A DNA stretch of 59,245 bases, the filler included. It is 6 parts of 6 records of this genome, joined end to end, with 100 filler letters (N's around TTAATTAATTAA, not from the genome) between each part and the next. Parts side by side here need not be neighbours in the genome. Positions count along the whole stretch, not along the records: positions 37,997 to 47,153 come from DRR723986_768; positions 47,254 to 54,011 come from DRR723986_775; positions 54,112 to 59,245 come from DRR723986_776; 3 more parts are not named here. The stretch is one strand, 5' to 3'. The translations under genes were made by a program, and so were the position numbers. Position 1 is the stretch's first letter. Each line of letters begins with the position of its first letter. The notes beneath the pieces were generated by a model that made no database searches, was not told where the DNA came from, and saw only the letters and a list, made by a program, of their open reading frames with translations. Shown here one piece after another: positions 47,075 to 56,890 of this stretch.

Positions 47075-47105
47075 AAAAACCCCACCATTTTTGCAAATGA
47101 TGGGG
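47075..47105 (-). terminator. Terminator after rpsD
   Basis: Minus strand CCCCATCATTT-gcaa-AAATGGTGGGG-TTTTT. Confidence 0.7.
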
Positions 47106-47131
47106 CCAATTTCTGCGTGGTGCGGCGAAGA

Positions 47132-47153
47132 TTAGTTCTTCGCGTAGAATTCC
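47132..47153 (-). CDS. rpsD: Last codons of 30S ribosomal protein S4
   Basis: Reads EFYAKN*, matching the Rhodobacteraceae S4 C-terminus; followed by a terminator and hisC. Only 22 nt are visible. Confidence 0.6.
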
Positions 47154-47253
47154 NNNNNNNNNNNNNNNNNNNNNNNNNNNNNNNNNNNNNNNNNNNNTTA
47201 ATTAATTAANNNNNNNNNNNNNNNNNNNNNNNNNNNNNNNNNNNNNNNNNNNN
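47154..47253. other. Artificial contig linker
   Basis: N44-TTAATTAATTAA-N44. Confidence 0.99.
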
Positions 47254-47482
47254 CGGCGTGGCCTATTGGGCCCATGCGGGCGGGTTTGTGATTGGGCTGG
47301 TGCTGTGTTTGCCGCTATTTCTGCGGCTGGGGGGGCCTGCATTTTGGGGGCGCACCCATGGCCGCCCGCCCCACCCCGAGGCGCGCTATGCCACAATGCG
47401 CAGCCGCATTCCCACCGTGCGCCGTAAAACCGTGCGCCGCGAAAGCGCCAGTGCCATTCCCATCATCCACAGGAAAAAATGA
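47254..47482 (+). CDS. Rhomboid intramembrane serine protease (3' part)
   Basis: GVAYWAHAGGFVIG catalytic-His motif. Confidence 0.8.
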
Positions 47483-47865
47483 CCCAAGCCCCCACAGCCC
47501 CCCCGCCTGTGCGCCTAAGCTGCCATTGCGGCGCCGTTGTGCTGCGCGTGACATTAACCGATGGGCTAAACACCGCCCGGCGCTGCGATTGCAGCTTTTG
47601 CCGCAGGCGCGGGGCGGCCGCGGTTTCAGCCCCCCTGGACGGGATCGAGATTGTGCAGGGCCACGAGGCATTGCGCCTGTATCAATGGGGCACGAAAACC
47701 GCAAAACACTATTTTTGTGGCATTTGCGGCATCTACACGCACCACCAACGCCGCTCTAACCCCGATCAATATGGCGTGAACCTAGGCGCGATCGACGGGG
47801 TCAACCCCGCCGATTTAACCATTCCTTGGGTCGATGGGGTTAATCACCCGTCAGACGCCAAATAA
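47479..47865 (+). CDS. GFA (CENP-V/Mss4-like) zinc-binding protein
   Basis: CHCG, CDCSFC and FCGICGI motifs. Confidence 0.9.
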   Translation: MTQAPTAPPPVRLSCHCGAVVLRVTLTDGLNTARRCDCSFCRRRGAAAVSAPLDGIEIVQGHEALRLYQWGTKTAKHYFCGICGIYTHHQRRSNPDQYGVNLGAIDGVNPADLTIPWVDGVNHPSDAK

Positions 47866-47874
47866 GCGCAGATC

Positions 47875-48666
47875 TTAGGCGCCGTTGCGGATGATTTTGG
47901 CAAAGCTGGAAAACACCTCGCCATTGCCGGCCAGCAACTGGCCTTCCAGCGGGTCTTGATCGGGGCGTAACCCCTCGAGCAGGCCACCAGCCTCGGTGAC
48001 CAGCAAGGTGCCGGCGGCCACGTCCCAGATATTCAGCTCGCGTTCCCAATAGCCATCGTAACGCCCCGCAGCCACATAGGCCAAATCCAGCGCCGCCGAG
48101 CCAAAGCGCCGCACGCCTGCGCATTCGGGCATCAAGCGCGCCAGATCTTGCAAAGTGGCAGGCAGGGTGCGTTTGGCGGCAAAGGGCACGCCGGTGGCAA
48201 AAATGCACTCGATCAGCCGCTTGCGGCCTGAAACCCGCAGGCGTTTGCTGTCGTTCAGCCAGGCGCCTGCGCCTTTTTCGGCAAAAAACATCTCGTCTTT
48301 GGCCGCGTCATACACCACGCCCGCAACGATCTGGCCCTTGTGTTCCAGCGCAATCGAAATGGCCCAATGCGGCAAACCGTGCAGGAAATTCGTGGTGCCA
48401 TCCAGCGGGTCTACAATCCAGCGGCGGGTTGGGTCTTGGCCCTGCACCTCGCCGCCCTCTTCGCCCAGATACCCATAGGTGGGGCGCGCGGTCAGCAATT
48501 CTTCTTTCAAGATCTGTTCGGCGGCCAAATCAGCCTTTGACACAAAGTCGCCCGCGCCCTTCATCGAGACTTGCAGGTTCTCGACCTCGCGGAAATCCTT
48601 GACCAGCGAGCGCCCCGCCTTGCGGGCGGCTTTGATCATGATATTGAGGTTTGCGCTGCCTTGCAT
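47875..48666 (-). CDS. suhB: Inositol monophosphatase family protein
   Basis: GEE, WIVDPLDGTTNFLHG, GSAALDL and WDVAAG. Confidence 0.93.
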   Translation of the reverse strand: MQGSANLNIMIKAARKAGRSLVKDFREVENLQVSMKGAGDFVSKADLAAEQILKEELLTARPTYGYLGEEGGEVQGQDPTRRWIVDPLDGTTNFLHGLPHWAISIALEHKGQIVAGVVYDAAKDEMFFAEKGAGAWLNDSKRLRVSGRKRLIECIFATGVPFAAKRTLPATLQDLARLMPECAGVRRFGSAALDLAYVAAGRYDGYWERELNIWDVAAGTLLVTEAGGLLEGLRPDQDPLEGQLLAGNGEVFSSFAKIIRNGA

Positions 48667-48743
48667 CGGTATCGGCTCCTGTTTGTCAGATCGCGCCTAT
48701 ACGCCGCGCGGCCCCGCTTGCCAAGCCCTGAGGCAGCAAAACC

Positions 48744-49331
48744 CTAACGCGCCACGGCCTTTCGCACCATATCCCAATAAATCGTCTCGACCTGTGGCAC
48801 CGATAAGCGCCCCTTTGGCCGATACCAGGTGGTCACACCCGTCAACATGGCAATCACCGCAAGCGTGGCGATTTTCGTATCAGGCACGGCAAAGGCGCCC
48901 TCGGCCACACCGGCGCGCAAAATGCCCTCAAGCTCGTCTTCGTAGCGGCGGCGCAGATCTTCGAGGGCGGCAAAGTTTTCCGGGCTCAGGTTGCGCAGCT
49001 CCATATAAGAGACAAAAACCGCATCGGGCCGGGCCAGGTGAAAGCTGATGTGAAAGCGGGTAAATTCCTCGAGCCGCGCCAAGGCGCCCCCCTGGCCCGC
49101 ACGCTGGGCACGCGCCGCCAAAAGCGCATCCATATGCCCGCGCATCAATTCAAAAAGCAGCGTTTGCTTGTCGGGGATGTAGTTATAAAGCGCCCCCGCC
49201 TGCACGCCCACCTCGGCGGCAATCTGGCGCATCGATACCGCCGCATAGCCATGGCGGGCAAACAGCTGCAACGCCACCTGTTGCAGGCGGGGCCCGGTGA
49301 TATCTGAATGTGATCCTGCGGTTCTGGCCAT
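48744..49331 (-). CDS. TetR/AcrR-family regulator
   Basis: LFARHGYAAVSMRQIAAEVGVQAGALYNYIPDK HTH. Confidence 0.93.
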   Translation of the reverse strand: MARTAGSHSDITGPRLQQVALQLFARHGYAAVSMRQIAAEVGVQAGALYNYIPDKQTLLFELMRGHMDALLAARAQRAGQGGALARLEEFTRFHISFHLARPDAVFVSYMELRNLSPENFAALEDLRRRYEDELEGILRAGVAEGAFAVPDTKIATLAVIAMLTGVTTWYRPKGRLSVPQVETIYWDMVRKAVAR

Positions 49332-49345
49332 GGGCGGTTTGTAAC

Positions 49346-49359
49346 TGAACAATTGTTCA
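49346..49359. promoter_or_regulatory. Perfect palindrome, probable TetR operator
   Basis: TGAACAATTGTTCA lies 14 nt upstream of the TetR start. Confidence 0.65.
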
Positions 49360-49444
49360 AAAAAAAGCCCCAGCCTTGCGCGTGCGCCCCTTTCTGGGGC
49401 AAAACAAAACCAACCCGCAAAAATTTTATGCCGGAGCACCATCA

Positions 49445-49699
49445 ATGCCCAAAATACTTGCCCCCCTTACAGCCTGTCTGGGCCTGACGCTGTGGCAGGC
49501 GGGGTGCACACCGTTTCCGGTGCAAAACACCCAGCTAGAGGCGGAAGACAAAACCGCCAGCTATGCGCCCCTGCGCCCGGTGGCGCCGATCTTGGCCAGC
49601 GCCCTGCCGGGCAGCCTAAGCGCAGACAGCATCACAGCCCTAGATACCCGCGCCGATGCCCTGCGCCAACGCGCCCAAACCCTGCAAAACCAAGACTAG
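49445..49699 (+). CDS. Small putative lipoprotein
   Basis: Signal peptide ending AGC; GGAG RBS; RADALRQRA C-terminal helix. Confidence 0.65.
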   Translation: MPKILAPLTACLGLTLWQAGCTPFPVQNTQLEAEDKTASYAPLRPVAPILASALPGSLSADSITALDTRADALRQRAQTLQNQD

Positions 49700-49830
49700 C
49701 ACACCAGCGCGCCCCAACCTTTTTGTGGCGCGCCTGCGTGATTTAAGCCAAAACCTGAAATTGCCGCGTTGCAAGGCCCCGGCAGAACCGATACATCCCG
49801 CCACAATCAAAAGAAGCGACGGAGTCCCAG

Positions 49831-51129
49831 ATGAATACCCCCCTGCGCACCCCCCTGCGCCTTGGCATTGCTGGTCTGGGAACCGTTGGCGTGGGCGTGC
49901 TGCGTATCGTGCAAGATCAGGCCACGCTATTGGCCGCGCGCTGTGGCCGCCCGATCGTGATTTCTGCCGTATCGGCGCGCAGCCGCAGCAAAGACCGCGG
50001 CGTTGACCTGTCGGGCCTGGCTTGGGAAGACAGCCCCGAGGCGCTGGCGCTGCGCGATGATGTGGATGTGTTCATCGAGGTGATGGGCGGGCACGAGGGC
50101 GCCGCGCGCGAGGCAATCACCGCCGCATTGCGCGCAGGCAAACATGTGGTCACAGCCAACAAGGCGCTTTTGGCGATCCACGGCCAAAGCCTGGCAGAGC
50201 TGGCCGAAGATCAGGGCGTGGCCCTGCGCTACGAGGCGGCGGTTGCCGGTGGCATCCCGGTGGTCAAGGCCCTGACCGAAGGGCTGGCCGCCAACCGCAT
50301 GACCCGGGTGCTGGGGGTGATGAATGGCTCGTGCAACTATATCCTGACGCGGATGGAAAGCGCGGGCCTGAGCTATCAAGAGGTGTTCGACGAGGCCAAT
50401 GCCCTGGGCTATCTTGAGGCCGATCCAGAATTGGATGTGGGCGGCATTGATGCAGCCCATAAGCTGACATTGCTGGCAGCGCTGGCCTTTGGCACCCGCG
50501 TCGATTTCGACGGTGTCGAGCTAGAGGGGATTGGCCGCGTCAAGATCGAAGATATCCGCCACGCAGCCGACATGGGCTATCGCATCAAATTGCTGGGCGT
50601 GGCGCAAATGACCGAGCGCGGGCTGGAACAGCGCATGGCGCCCTGCCTGGTGCCGGCCACCTCGCCCTTGGGCCAGCTTGAGGGGGGCACCAATATGGTG
50701 GTGCTGGAGGGCAATAGCGTGGGCCAAATCGTGCTGCGCGGCGCAGGCGCCGGCGAAGGCCCCACCGCCAGTGCCGTGATGGGCGATGTGGCCGATATTG
50801 CCCGCGGGCTGGTGATACCCGCCTTTGGCCAAGCCGCCCGCAGCCTGCAAAGCGCGCCGCGCGCCATCAGCACCTCGCAGGCGCCGTTTTATCTGCGCAT
50901 GGCCTTGCAAGACAAACCCGGCGCATTGGCCAAAATTGCCCATGTTTTGGGCGAGGCAGGCGTGTCGATCCACCGTATGCGCCAATATGATCACATCAAC
51001 GACAGCGCGCCTGTGCTGATCGTCACCCATAAAACCACCCGCTCTGCGCTGGATCAGGCGCTGGCGGCCATGAATGCGACAGGTGTCGTGACAGAAAGCC
51101 CCGTGGCCTTGCGTATTGAAAACGTCTAA
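49831..51129 (+). CDS. hom: Homoserine dehydrogenase
   Basis: GLGTVG, TANKA, YEAAVAGGIP, EADP..D..G.D...K; ACT domain. Confidence 0.97.
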   Translation: MNTPLRTPLRLGIAGLGTVGVGVLRIVQDQATLLAARCGRPIVISAVSARSRSKDRGVDLSGLAWEDSPEALALRDDVDVFIEVMGGHEGAAREAITAALRAGKHVVTANKALLAIHGQSLAELAEDQGVALRYEAAVAGGIPVVKALTEGLAANRMTRVLGVMNGSCNYILTRMESAGLSYQEVFDEANALGYLEADPELDVGGIDAAHKLTLLAALAFGTRVDFDGVELEGIGRVKIEDIRHAADMGYRIKLLGVAQMTERGLEQRMAPCLVPATSPLGQLEGGTNMVVLEGNSVGQIVLRGAGAGEGPTASAVMGDVADIARGLVIPAFGQAARSLQSAPRAISTSQAPFYLRMALQDKPGALAKIAHVLGEAGVSIHRMRQYDHINDSAPVLIVTHKTTRSALDQALAAMNATGVVTESPVALRIENV

Positions 51130-51155
51130 GCCGCGCGACATCAGGAGAAGCCGAA

Positions 51156-52121
51156 ATGACAGACAGCCCCGAATTTCACGATCGCATGCTTTCGCTGGGC
51201 CTGGCCCGCGTGGCCGAGCAAGCCGCAATTGCCAGCGCAGCCCTCGTGGGCCGTGGCGATGAGAAGGCCGCCGATCAGGCCGCAGTCACCGCCATGCGCA
51301 ACCAGCTGAACCTGCTTGATATCGCCGGTGTCGTGGTGATTGGCGAGGGCGAGCGCGACGAGGCGCCCATGCTCTATATCGGCGAAGAGGTGGGCACCGG
51401 CACGGGCCCCGCGGTTGATATCGCCCTCGACCCGCTAGAGGGCACCACCCTAACGGCCAAGGCCATGCCAAATGCGCTGACCGTCATTGCCATGGCCCCG
51501 CGCGGCACGCTGCTGCACGCCCCCGATACCTATATGGACAAGCTGGCGGTTGGCCCGGGCTACCCCGAAAACGTGGTATCGCTGCAGATGAGCGCGAAAG
51601 AGCGCGTCGAGGCACTGGCCGCGGCCCGCGGCTGCGCGCCGTCAGATATCACCGTGTGCATTCTGGAACGCCCCCGCCACCAGGAAATGATCGACGAGGT
51701 GCGCGCAACAGGCGCCGCAATCAAGCTGATCACCGATGGCGATGTGGCCGGTGTGATCCATTGCGCCGAGGCCGAAAAAACCGGGATCGATATGTATATG
51801 GGCACCGGCGGCGCCCCCGAAGGCGTGCTGGCCGCATCGGCGCTGAAATGCATGGGCGGGCAATTCTGGGGCCGGCTGGTGTTTCGCAACGACGATGAAA
51901 AAGCCCGCGCCAGCAAGGCAGGCATCACCGATTTCGACCGCATCTACAGCCGCGACGAGCTGGTGACGGGCGATGTGATCTTTGCGGCCACGGGCGTGAC
52001 CGATGGCTCGATCGTGGCAGGTATCAAACGCAGCCCGGGCTATGTGGAAACCGAAACCATCCTGATGCGCTCGCGCACCGGCTCGGTGCGCCGCATGAGC
52101 TACCGCACACCGGTGGCGTGA
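51156..52121 (+). CDS. glpX: Class II fructose-1,6-bisphosphatase
   Basis: GEGERDEAPML, DPLEGT, DGDV and GGAPEGV. Confidence 0.97.
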   Translation: MTDSPEFHDRMLSLGLARVAEQAAIASAALVGRGDEKAADQAAVTAMRNQLNLLDIAGVVVIGEGERDEAPMLYIGEEVGTGTGPAVDIALDPLEGTTLTAKAMPNALTVIAMAPRGTLLHAPDTYMDKLAVGPGYPENVVSLQMSAKERVEALAAARGCAPSDITVCILERPRHQEMIDEVRATGAAIKLITDGDVAGVIHCAEAEKTGIDMYMGTGGAPEGVLAASALKCMGGQFWGRLVFRNDDEKARASKAGITDFDRIYSRDELVTGDVIFAATGVTDGSIVAGIKRSPGYVETETILMRSRTGSVRRMSYRTPVA

Positions 52122-53884
52122 GCCAGGGCGCCCCAGCCCCCGCCTTTTTGGGCGTAGAGCGCTCGCTGACCGGGCGGCGCTGGCTGGGACCTGCCAGCGA
52201 AACGCAGCGCATGGGCCAAGCCATGGCGCAGCAAACCGGCCTGCCCCTGCCGCTGTGCCTGAGCTTGGCACAGCGCGGTGTGGCGCCAGACGAGGCCCAG
52301 CAATTTCTGGAACCCCAACTGCGCGATCTGTTGCCAGACCCGCGCAGCCTGAAAGACATGGAAACCGCCGCCGCGCGTTTTTTGCAGGCTGTGGCCCGTG
52401 GCGAGAAAATTGCCATTTTTGCCGATTACGATGTGGATGGGGGCAGCTCGGCCGCGCTGCTGATCTGGTGGTTGCGCGCCCAGGGGCGGCAGGCCACGCT
52501 TTACGTGCCCGACCGTATCGACGAGGGCTACGGCCCAAACGATGCCGCCATGGCGGCGCTGGCCGCCGATCACAGCCTGATCATCTGCGTTGATTGTGGC
52601 ACCCTCAGCCATGGGCCTGTGGCCGCCGCAAAAGGCGCCGATGTGGTGATTTTAGACCACCATTTGGGCGGCGAAACCCTGCCCCAATGCGTGGCCGTGG
52701 TGAACCCCAACCGCCAAGATGAAAGCGGCACGCTGGCCCATCTCTGCGCGGCCTCGGTGGTGTTTTTGATGCTGGTCGAGGCCAACCGCCAATTGCGGGT
52801 GGCGGGCCAGGCCGGGCCTGACCTGATGGCGCTGCTGGATTTGGTGGCGCTGGCCACCGTGGCCGATGTGGCGCCGCTGATCGGGGTGAACCGGGCGCTG
52901 GTGCGCCAGGGCCTGCGGGTCATGGCGCGCCGCCAGCGCCCCGGGCTGGTGGCACTGGCCGATATCGCGCGCCTTGATACCGCCCCGCGCGCCCATCATT
53001 TGGGCTTTATGCTGGGGCCACGGGTGAATGCCGGCGGGCGCATCGGCGCGGCAGATCTGGGGGCGCGCCTTTTGGCCTGCACCAACCCGGCCGAGGCGCA
53101 GGCGCTGGCCGAACGCCTGGACCAGCTGAATTCCGAGCGCCGCGAGATCGAGGCCAGCGTGCGCGATGCAGCCCTGGCCCAGGCCGAGGCACGCGGCCTG
53201 GATGTGCCGCTGGTGTGGGCCGCGGGCGAGGGCTGGCACCCCGGCGTGGTGGGGATTGTGGCCAGCCGCCTGAAAGAGCTGACAAACCGCCCCGCCGTGG
53301 TCATCGGCTTTGACGGCGATCACGGCAAAGGATCGGGGCGCTCGATCAGCGGGGTGGATCTGGGCGCCAGCGTGCAACGCCTGGCCACTGAGGGGCTGCT
53401 GGAAAAAGGCGGCGGCCACCGCATGGCCGCAGGGCTAAGCCTGACCCGCGCCATGCTAGGACCCGCGATGGAGCGGCTGGGCGAATTGCTGGCACGCCAA
53501 GGCGCAGGCACCGCAGGGCCCGCCGATCTGCGGTTGGATGGGCTGCTGATGCCCCAGGCCGCCACGCCAGAGCTGATCGATATGTTCGAGGCGGCAGGCC
53601 CCTTTGGCCAAGGCGCCCCTGCCCCGCGCCATGCCTTTGCCAATATGGCCATCCGCTTTGCCAAACCCGTGGGCAGCGGGCATCTGAAACTAGGCTTTGG
53701 CGATACAACCGGCCCGCGCCTCGAGGCGATATGCTTTGGCGCGTTCGATGGGCCCATGGGCGCCGCACTAAGCGCCCATGCAGGCGCGCGATTCCACCTG
53801 GCAGGACGGCTGGAAATCAACGAGTGGGGCGGCCGCCGCAGCGCCCAACTGCGCCTGGAAGACGCCGCACCAGCTGAAAACTAA
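52118..53884 (+). CDS. recJ: ssDNA-specific exonuclease
   Basis: DYDVDG, VDCG, DHH, TVADV, PRVNAGGR and GGH..AAG. Confidence 0.97.
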   Translation: MSQGAPAPAFLGVERSLTGRRWLGPASETQRMGQAMAQQTGLPLPLCLSLAQRGVAPDEAQQFLEPQLRDLLPDPRSLKDMETAAARFLQAVARGEKIAIFADYDVDGGSSAALLIWWLRAQGRQATLYVPDRIDEGYGPNDAAMAALAADHSLIICVDCGTLSHGPVAAAKGADVVILDHHLGGETLPQCVAVVNPNRQDESGTLAHLCAASVVFLMLVEANRQLRVAGQAGPDLMALLDLVALATVADVAPLIGVNRALVRQGLRVMARRQRPGLVALADIARLDTAPRAHHLGFMLGPRVNAGGRIGAADLGARLLACTNPAEAQALAERLDQLNSERREIEASVRDAALAQAEARGLDVPLVWAAGEGWHPGVVGIVASRLKELTNRPAVVIGFDGDHGKGSGRSISGVDLGASVQRLATEGLLEKGGGHRMAAGLSLTRAMLGPAMERLGELLARQGAGTAGPADLRLDGLLMPQAATPELIDMFEAAGPFGQGAPAPRHAFANMAIRFAKPVGSGHLKLGFGDTTGPRLEAICFGAFDGPMGAALSAHAGARFHLAGRLEINEWGGRRSAQLRLEDAAPAEN

Positions 53885-53933
53885 GCCCAACAGGCAGCAG
53901 GAAAAAAATCTTTGCGCGACGCGTTTTTTTCTC

Positions 53934-53962
53934 TTGCGCTACCGCGCGTATATTCTTAGAAC
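53934..53962 (+). promoter_or_regulatory. Sigma70-like promoter of the tRNA
   Basis: TTGCGC-N17-TAGAAC with upstream A/T tracts. Confidence 0.5.
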
Positions 53963-53982
53963 CCGCCTCACGCCACAGCGAT

Positions 53983-54011
53983 GGCCCGTTCGTCTATCGG
54001 TTAGGACGCCA
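53983..54011 (+). tRNA. tRNA-Glu 5' portion (truncated before the anticodon)
   Basis: GGCCCGTTCGTCTATCGGTTAGGACGCCA: acceptor 5' strand plus GTCT/GGAC D-arm typical of alphaproteobacterial tRNA-Glu. Confidence 0.8.
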
Positions 54012-54111
54012 NNNNNNNNNNNNNNNNNNNNNNNNNNNNNNNNNNNNNNNNNNNNTTAATTAATTAANNNNNNNNNNNNNNNNNNNNNNNNNNNNNNNNN
54101 NNNNNNNNNNN
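54012..54111. other. Artificial contig linker
   Basis: N44-TTAATTAATTAA-N44. Confidence 0.99.
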
Positions 54112-54592
54112 GACCGCCGCGATCTGCGCCGATCCGGCAAAGGGCACCCTGCCCGCCCGCGTCTCCATCGCGCCCCATGAGGGCATCGGCGGCATCGCCA
54201 CCTCGGGGCGGCACGGGCGCTCGCATTCGCTGGGCATCGCCGATGCGGTCACGGTCCTCGCCCGCGACGCCGCCACCGCCGATGCCGCCGCCACGCTCAT
54301 CGCCAACGCCACCGACCTGCCCGGCCATCCCGGGATCCAGCGCACGCCCGCCCGCGACCTGTCGCCCGACAGCGACCTCGGCGCGCGCCTCGTGACCACG
54401 GCGGTCGGACCGCTCTCGACCGCCGAGACCGCCCGCGCCCTCGCCGCCGGCACAGCCCTCGCCGAGACCTATGCCCGGCGCGGCCTGATCGCCGCCGCCT
54501 TCCTCAGCCTCAACGACAGCGCCCGGACGGTAGGAGGAGCCGCCCGCGCGGTCGCCGCCGATGCGCCACAAAGGGAGCCACTCCATGCCTGA
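54112..54592 (+). CDS. UPF0280/ApbE-like family protein (3' part)
   Basis: Frame from 54113: GGIATSGRHGRSHSLGIADAVTVLA..AATADAAATLIANA...DSDLG. Confidence 0.85.
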
Positions 54593-55169
54593 CCCACAGA
54601 TCCGCAAGACCGCGATCCTGACCGAGACCATCTGGCACGAGGGCGGCCCCAAGGCCGACAAGCCCCAGCGCCGCGCCGCCATGATGACCGTGATCGCCAA
54701 CCCCTTCGCGGGGCGCTATGTCGAGGACATCGAAGGCTTCATGGAAGACCTCAAGCCGCTCGGCGCGCAGATGGCGCAGGACCTGATCGACGCGCTCGGC
54801 GGCGATGCCGAAGCTATCGAGGGCTACGGCAAGGGCGCCATCGTCGGCACCAACGGCGAGATCGAACACGGCGCGCTCTGGCACGTCCCCGGCGGCTACG
54901 CCATGCGCGACAAGATCGCCGAGAGCATGGCCATCGTGCCCTCCACCAAGAAGGTCGGCGCCCCGGGCGCGCGGCTCGACGTGCCGATCACGCATACCAA
55001 CGCCTCTTACGTGCGCTCGCATTTCGACGCGATGGAGGTGGGCCTGTCGGACGCACCCAAGGCCGACGAGATCATGTTGGTGCTGGTCATGACCACCGGC
55101 CCGCGCGTCCATGCCCGCGTCGGCGGCCTGAAAGCCGAGGACGTCAAGGGCGAGGACGGCTTGCGGTGA
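54585..55169 (+). CDS. 'Amino acid synthesis' (DUF1185) family protein 1
   Basis: NPFAGRY, YGKGAIVG..GEIEHG, YVRSHFD and GPRVHARVGGL. Confidence 0.85.
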   Translation: MPDPQIRKTAILTETIWHEGGPKADKPQRRAAMMTVIANPFAGRYVEDIEGFMEDLKPLGAQMAQDLIDALGGDAEAIEGYGKGAIVGTNGEIEHGALWHVPGGYAMRDKIAESMAIVPSTKKVGAPGARLDVPITHTNASYVRSHFDAMEVGLSDAPKADEIMLVLVMTTGPRVHARVGGLKAEDVKGEDGLR

Positions 55170-55741
55170 AACTGCGCCGCCTCATCACCCTTGTCGAGGA
55201 GACCCGCACGGAGATGGGCCGCCCCGTGCCGCCCGCGCGGCGCGCACTGGCGGCGGCGGTGATCGCCAACCCCTTCGCCGGGCGCTACGCCGAGGACCTG
55301 TCCGAGTTGATCGAGACCGGCGCCACGCTGGGCGAGATGCTGGGACAAGAGGCGCTTGCCGCGCTGGGCTGCCCGCCCGAGGCCGTCGAAGGCTACGGCA
55401 AGGCCGCGCTCATCGGCGAGGCCGGGGAACTGGAGCACGGCGCCGCCCTGCTTCACCCGTCGCTGGGCGCCCCCCTGCGCGCGGTCATCGGCGGTGGCAA
55501 GGCGCTGGTGCCCTCCTCCAAGGCAATGGGCGGGCCGGGCTCCGTCATCGACGTCCCGCTCGGCCACAAGGACGCGGCCTACGTGCGCAGCCACTTCGAC
55601 GGCATGCGCCTGACGCTCAACGACGCCCCCCGCGCGTCAGAGATCGTGGTGGCCGTGGCGCTGCAACGGTCCGGCCGGCCCAACCCGCGCGTGGGCGGGC
55701 TGACCCACACAGAAATCACCGGCGCGGACGGGCTGCGCTAG
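55166..55741 (+). CDS. 'Amino acid synthesis' (DUF1185) family protein 2
   Basis: NPFAGRY, YGKAALIG..GELEHG, YVRSHFD and GRPNPRVGGL; GTGA overlap with paralog 1. Confidence 0.85.
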   Translation: MKLRRLITLVEETRTEMGRPVPPARRALAAAVIANPFAGRYAEDLSELIETGATLGEMLGQEALAALGCPPEAVEGYGKAALIGEAGELEHGAALLHPSLGAPLRAVIGGGKALVPSSKAMGGPGSVIDVPLGHKDAAYVRSHFDGMRLTLNDAPRASEIVVAVALQRSGRPNPRVGGLTHTEITGADGLR

Positions 55742-55756
55742 CACAGGAGAAGCCCC

Positions 55757-56830
55757 ATGACGCAATTCGTGAGAAACGCCTGGTACGTCGCCGCCTGGTC
55801 GAGCGAGATCGACGACGCGCTCCGCCGCTTCACCATCCTCGGCGATCACATCGTGATCTTCCGCAAGACCGACGGCACCGTCGCCGCGCTGGAGGACCGC
55901 TGCCCGCACCGCCTGCTCCCGCTCAGCAAGGGCAAGCGCATCGGCGACACCGTGCAATGCGGCTACCACGGGCTGACCTTCGACGCCTCTACAGGCCTGT
56001 GCACCCGCGTCCCCGGCCAGACCAACCTGCCCAAATCCGCCTATGTCGAGCGCTACCCGACAGAGGAACGCCACGGCATCGTCTGGATCTGGATGGGCGA
56101 GGCCGACAAGGCCGACCCGTCGAAGATCTTCGACATGCCCGAGTTCACCGCGCCCGGCTGGGCCGTCCACCTCGGCGACGCGCTGCACCTGAAGTCGAAC
56201 TACCTCAACGTCGCCGAGAACCTCGTCGATCCCGCGCATATCTCCTTCGTCCACCCGACCACGCTGGGCAGCAGCGCGTCCGAGAACGTGCCCGTCCACG
56301 TCTCGACCGAGGGCGAGGCCATCGTCGCATGGCGCTGGATCCGCGACGCGCCGCCGGTGGGCTTCTTCAAGGCCGTGGGCGACTTCCGCGGCAACGTCGA
56401 CCGCTGGCATTACTACTACCTTTACACGCCCTGTACCGCCGTCATCGACTTCGGCAGCATCGACGTGGCGGAGAACTGCGCCGAGGAAGACCGCGACCGC
56501 GGCATGCGCATCTTCGCGCTGCACTTCCTGACGCCGGTCACGGAGACCCACACCATCGACCGCTGGGCGCATATCCGCAACTCGGCGCTGGACGATCCAG
56601 AGGCGGCGGCGCGCATGGACGTGATGTTCCGCAAGGCCTTCGCCGAGGATCAGGAGATCCTCGAGGCCGTGCAGGAAGAGGAATTGCGCCCGCAAAAGCG
56701 CCGCCCCCTGCGCATCGCCATCGACAAGGGCCCGCTTGTCTACAGAAAGCGCATCAACGACCTGCTGGAGCTGGAAAGGACCGAAGATATCGCGTCCGAC
56801 CCCTCACCGGCTTTTGTTTACCACGATTAA
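55757..56830 (+). CDS. Rieske non-heme iron oxygenase alpha subunit (VanA/demethylase-like)
   Basis: NAWYVAAW, CPH...CGYH Rieske motif, ENLVDPAHISFVH and ED..ILE mononuclear Fe ligands. Confidence 0.93.
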   Translation: MTQFVRNAWYVAAWSSEIDDALRRFTILGDHIVIFRKTDGTVAALEDRCPHRLLPLSKGKRIGDTVQCGYHGLTFDASTGLCTRVPGQTNLPKSAYVERYPTEERHGIVWIWMGEADKADPSKIFDMPEFTAPGWAVHLGDALHLKSNYLNVAENLVDPAHISFVHPTTLGSSASENVPVHVSTEGEAIVAWRWIRDAPPVGFFKAVGDFRGNVDRWHYYYLYTPCTAVIDFGSIDVAENCAEEDRDRGMRIFALHFLTPVTETHTIDRWAHIRNSALDDPEAAARMDVMFRKAFAEDQEILEAVQEEELRPQKRRPLRIAIDKGPLVYRKRINDLLELERTEDIASDPSPAFVYHD

Positions 56831-56890
56831 GCGGCACAAAGACCGCATAACCCGGGGTCACCCACCCCGCCAACAGGAGAGACGACGGAC

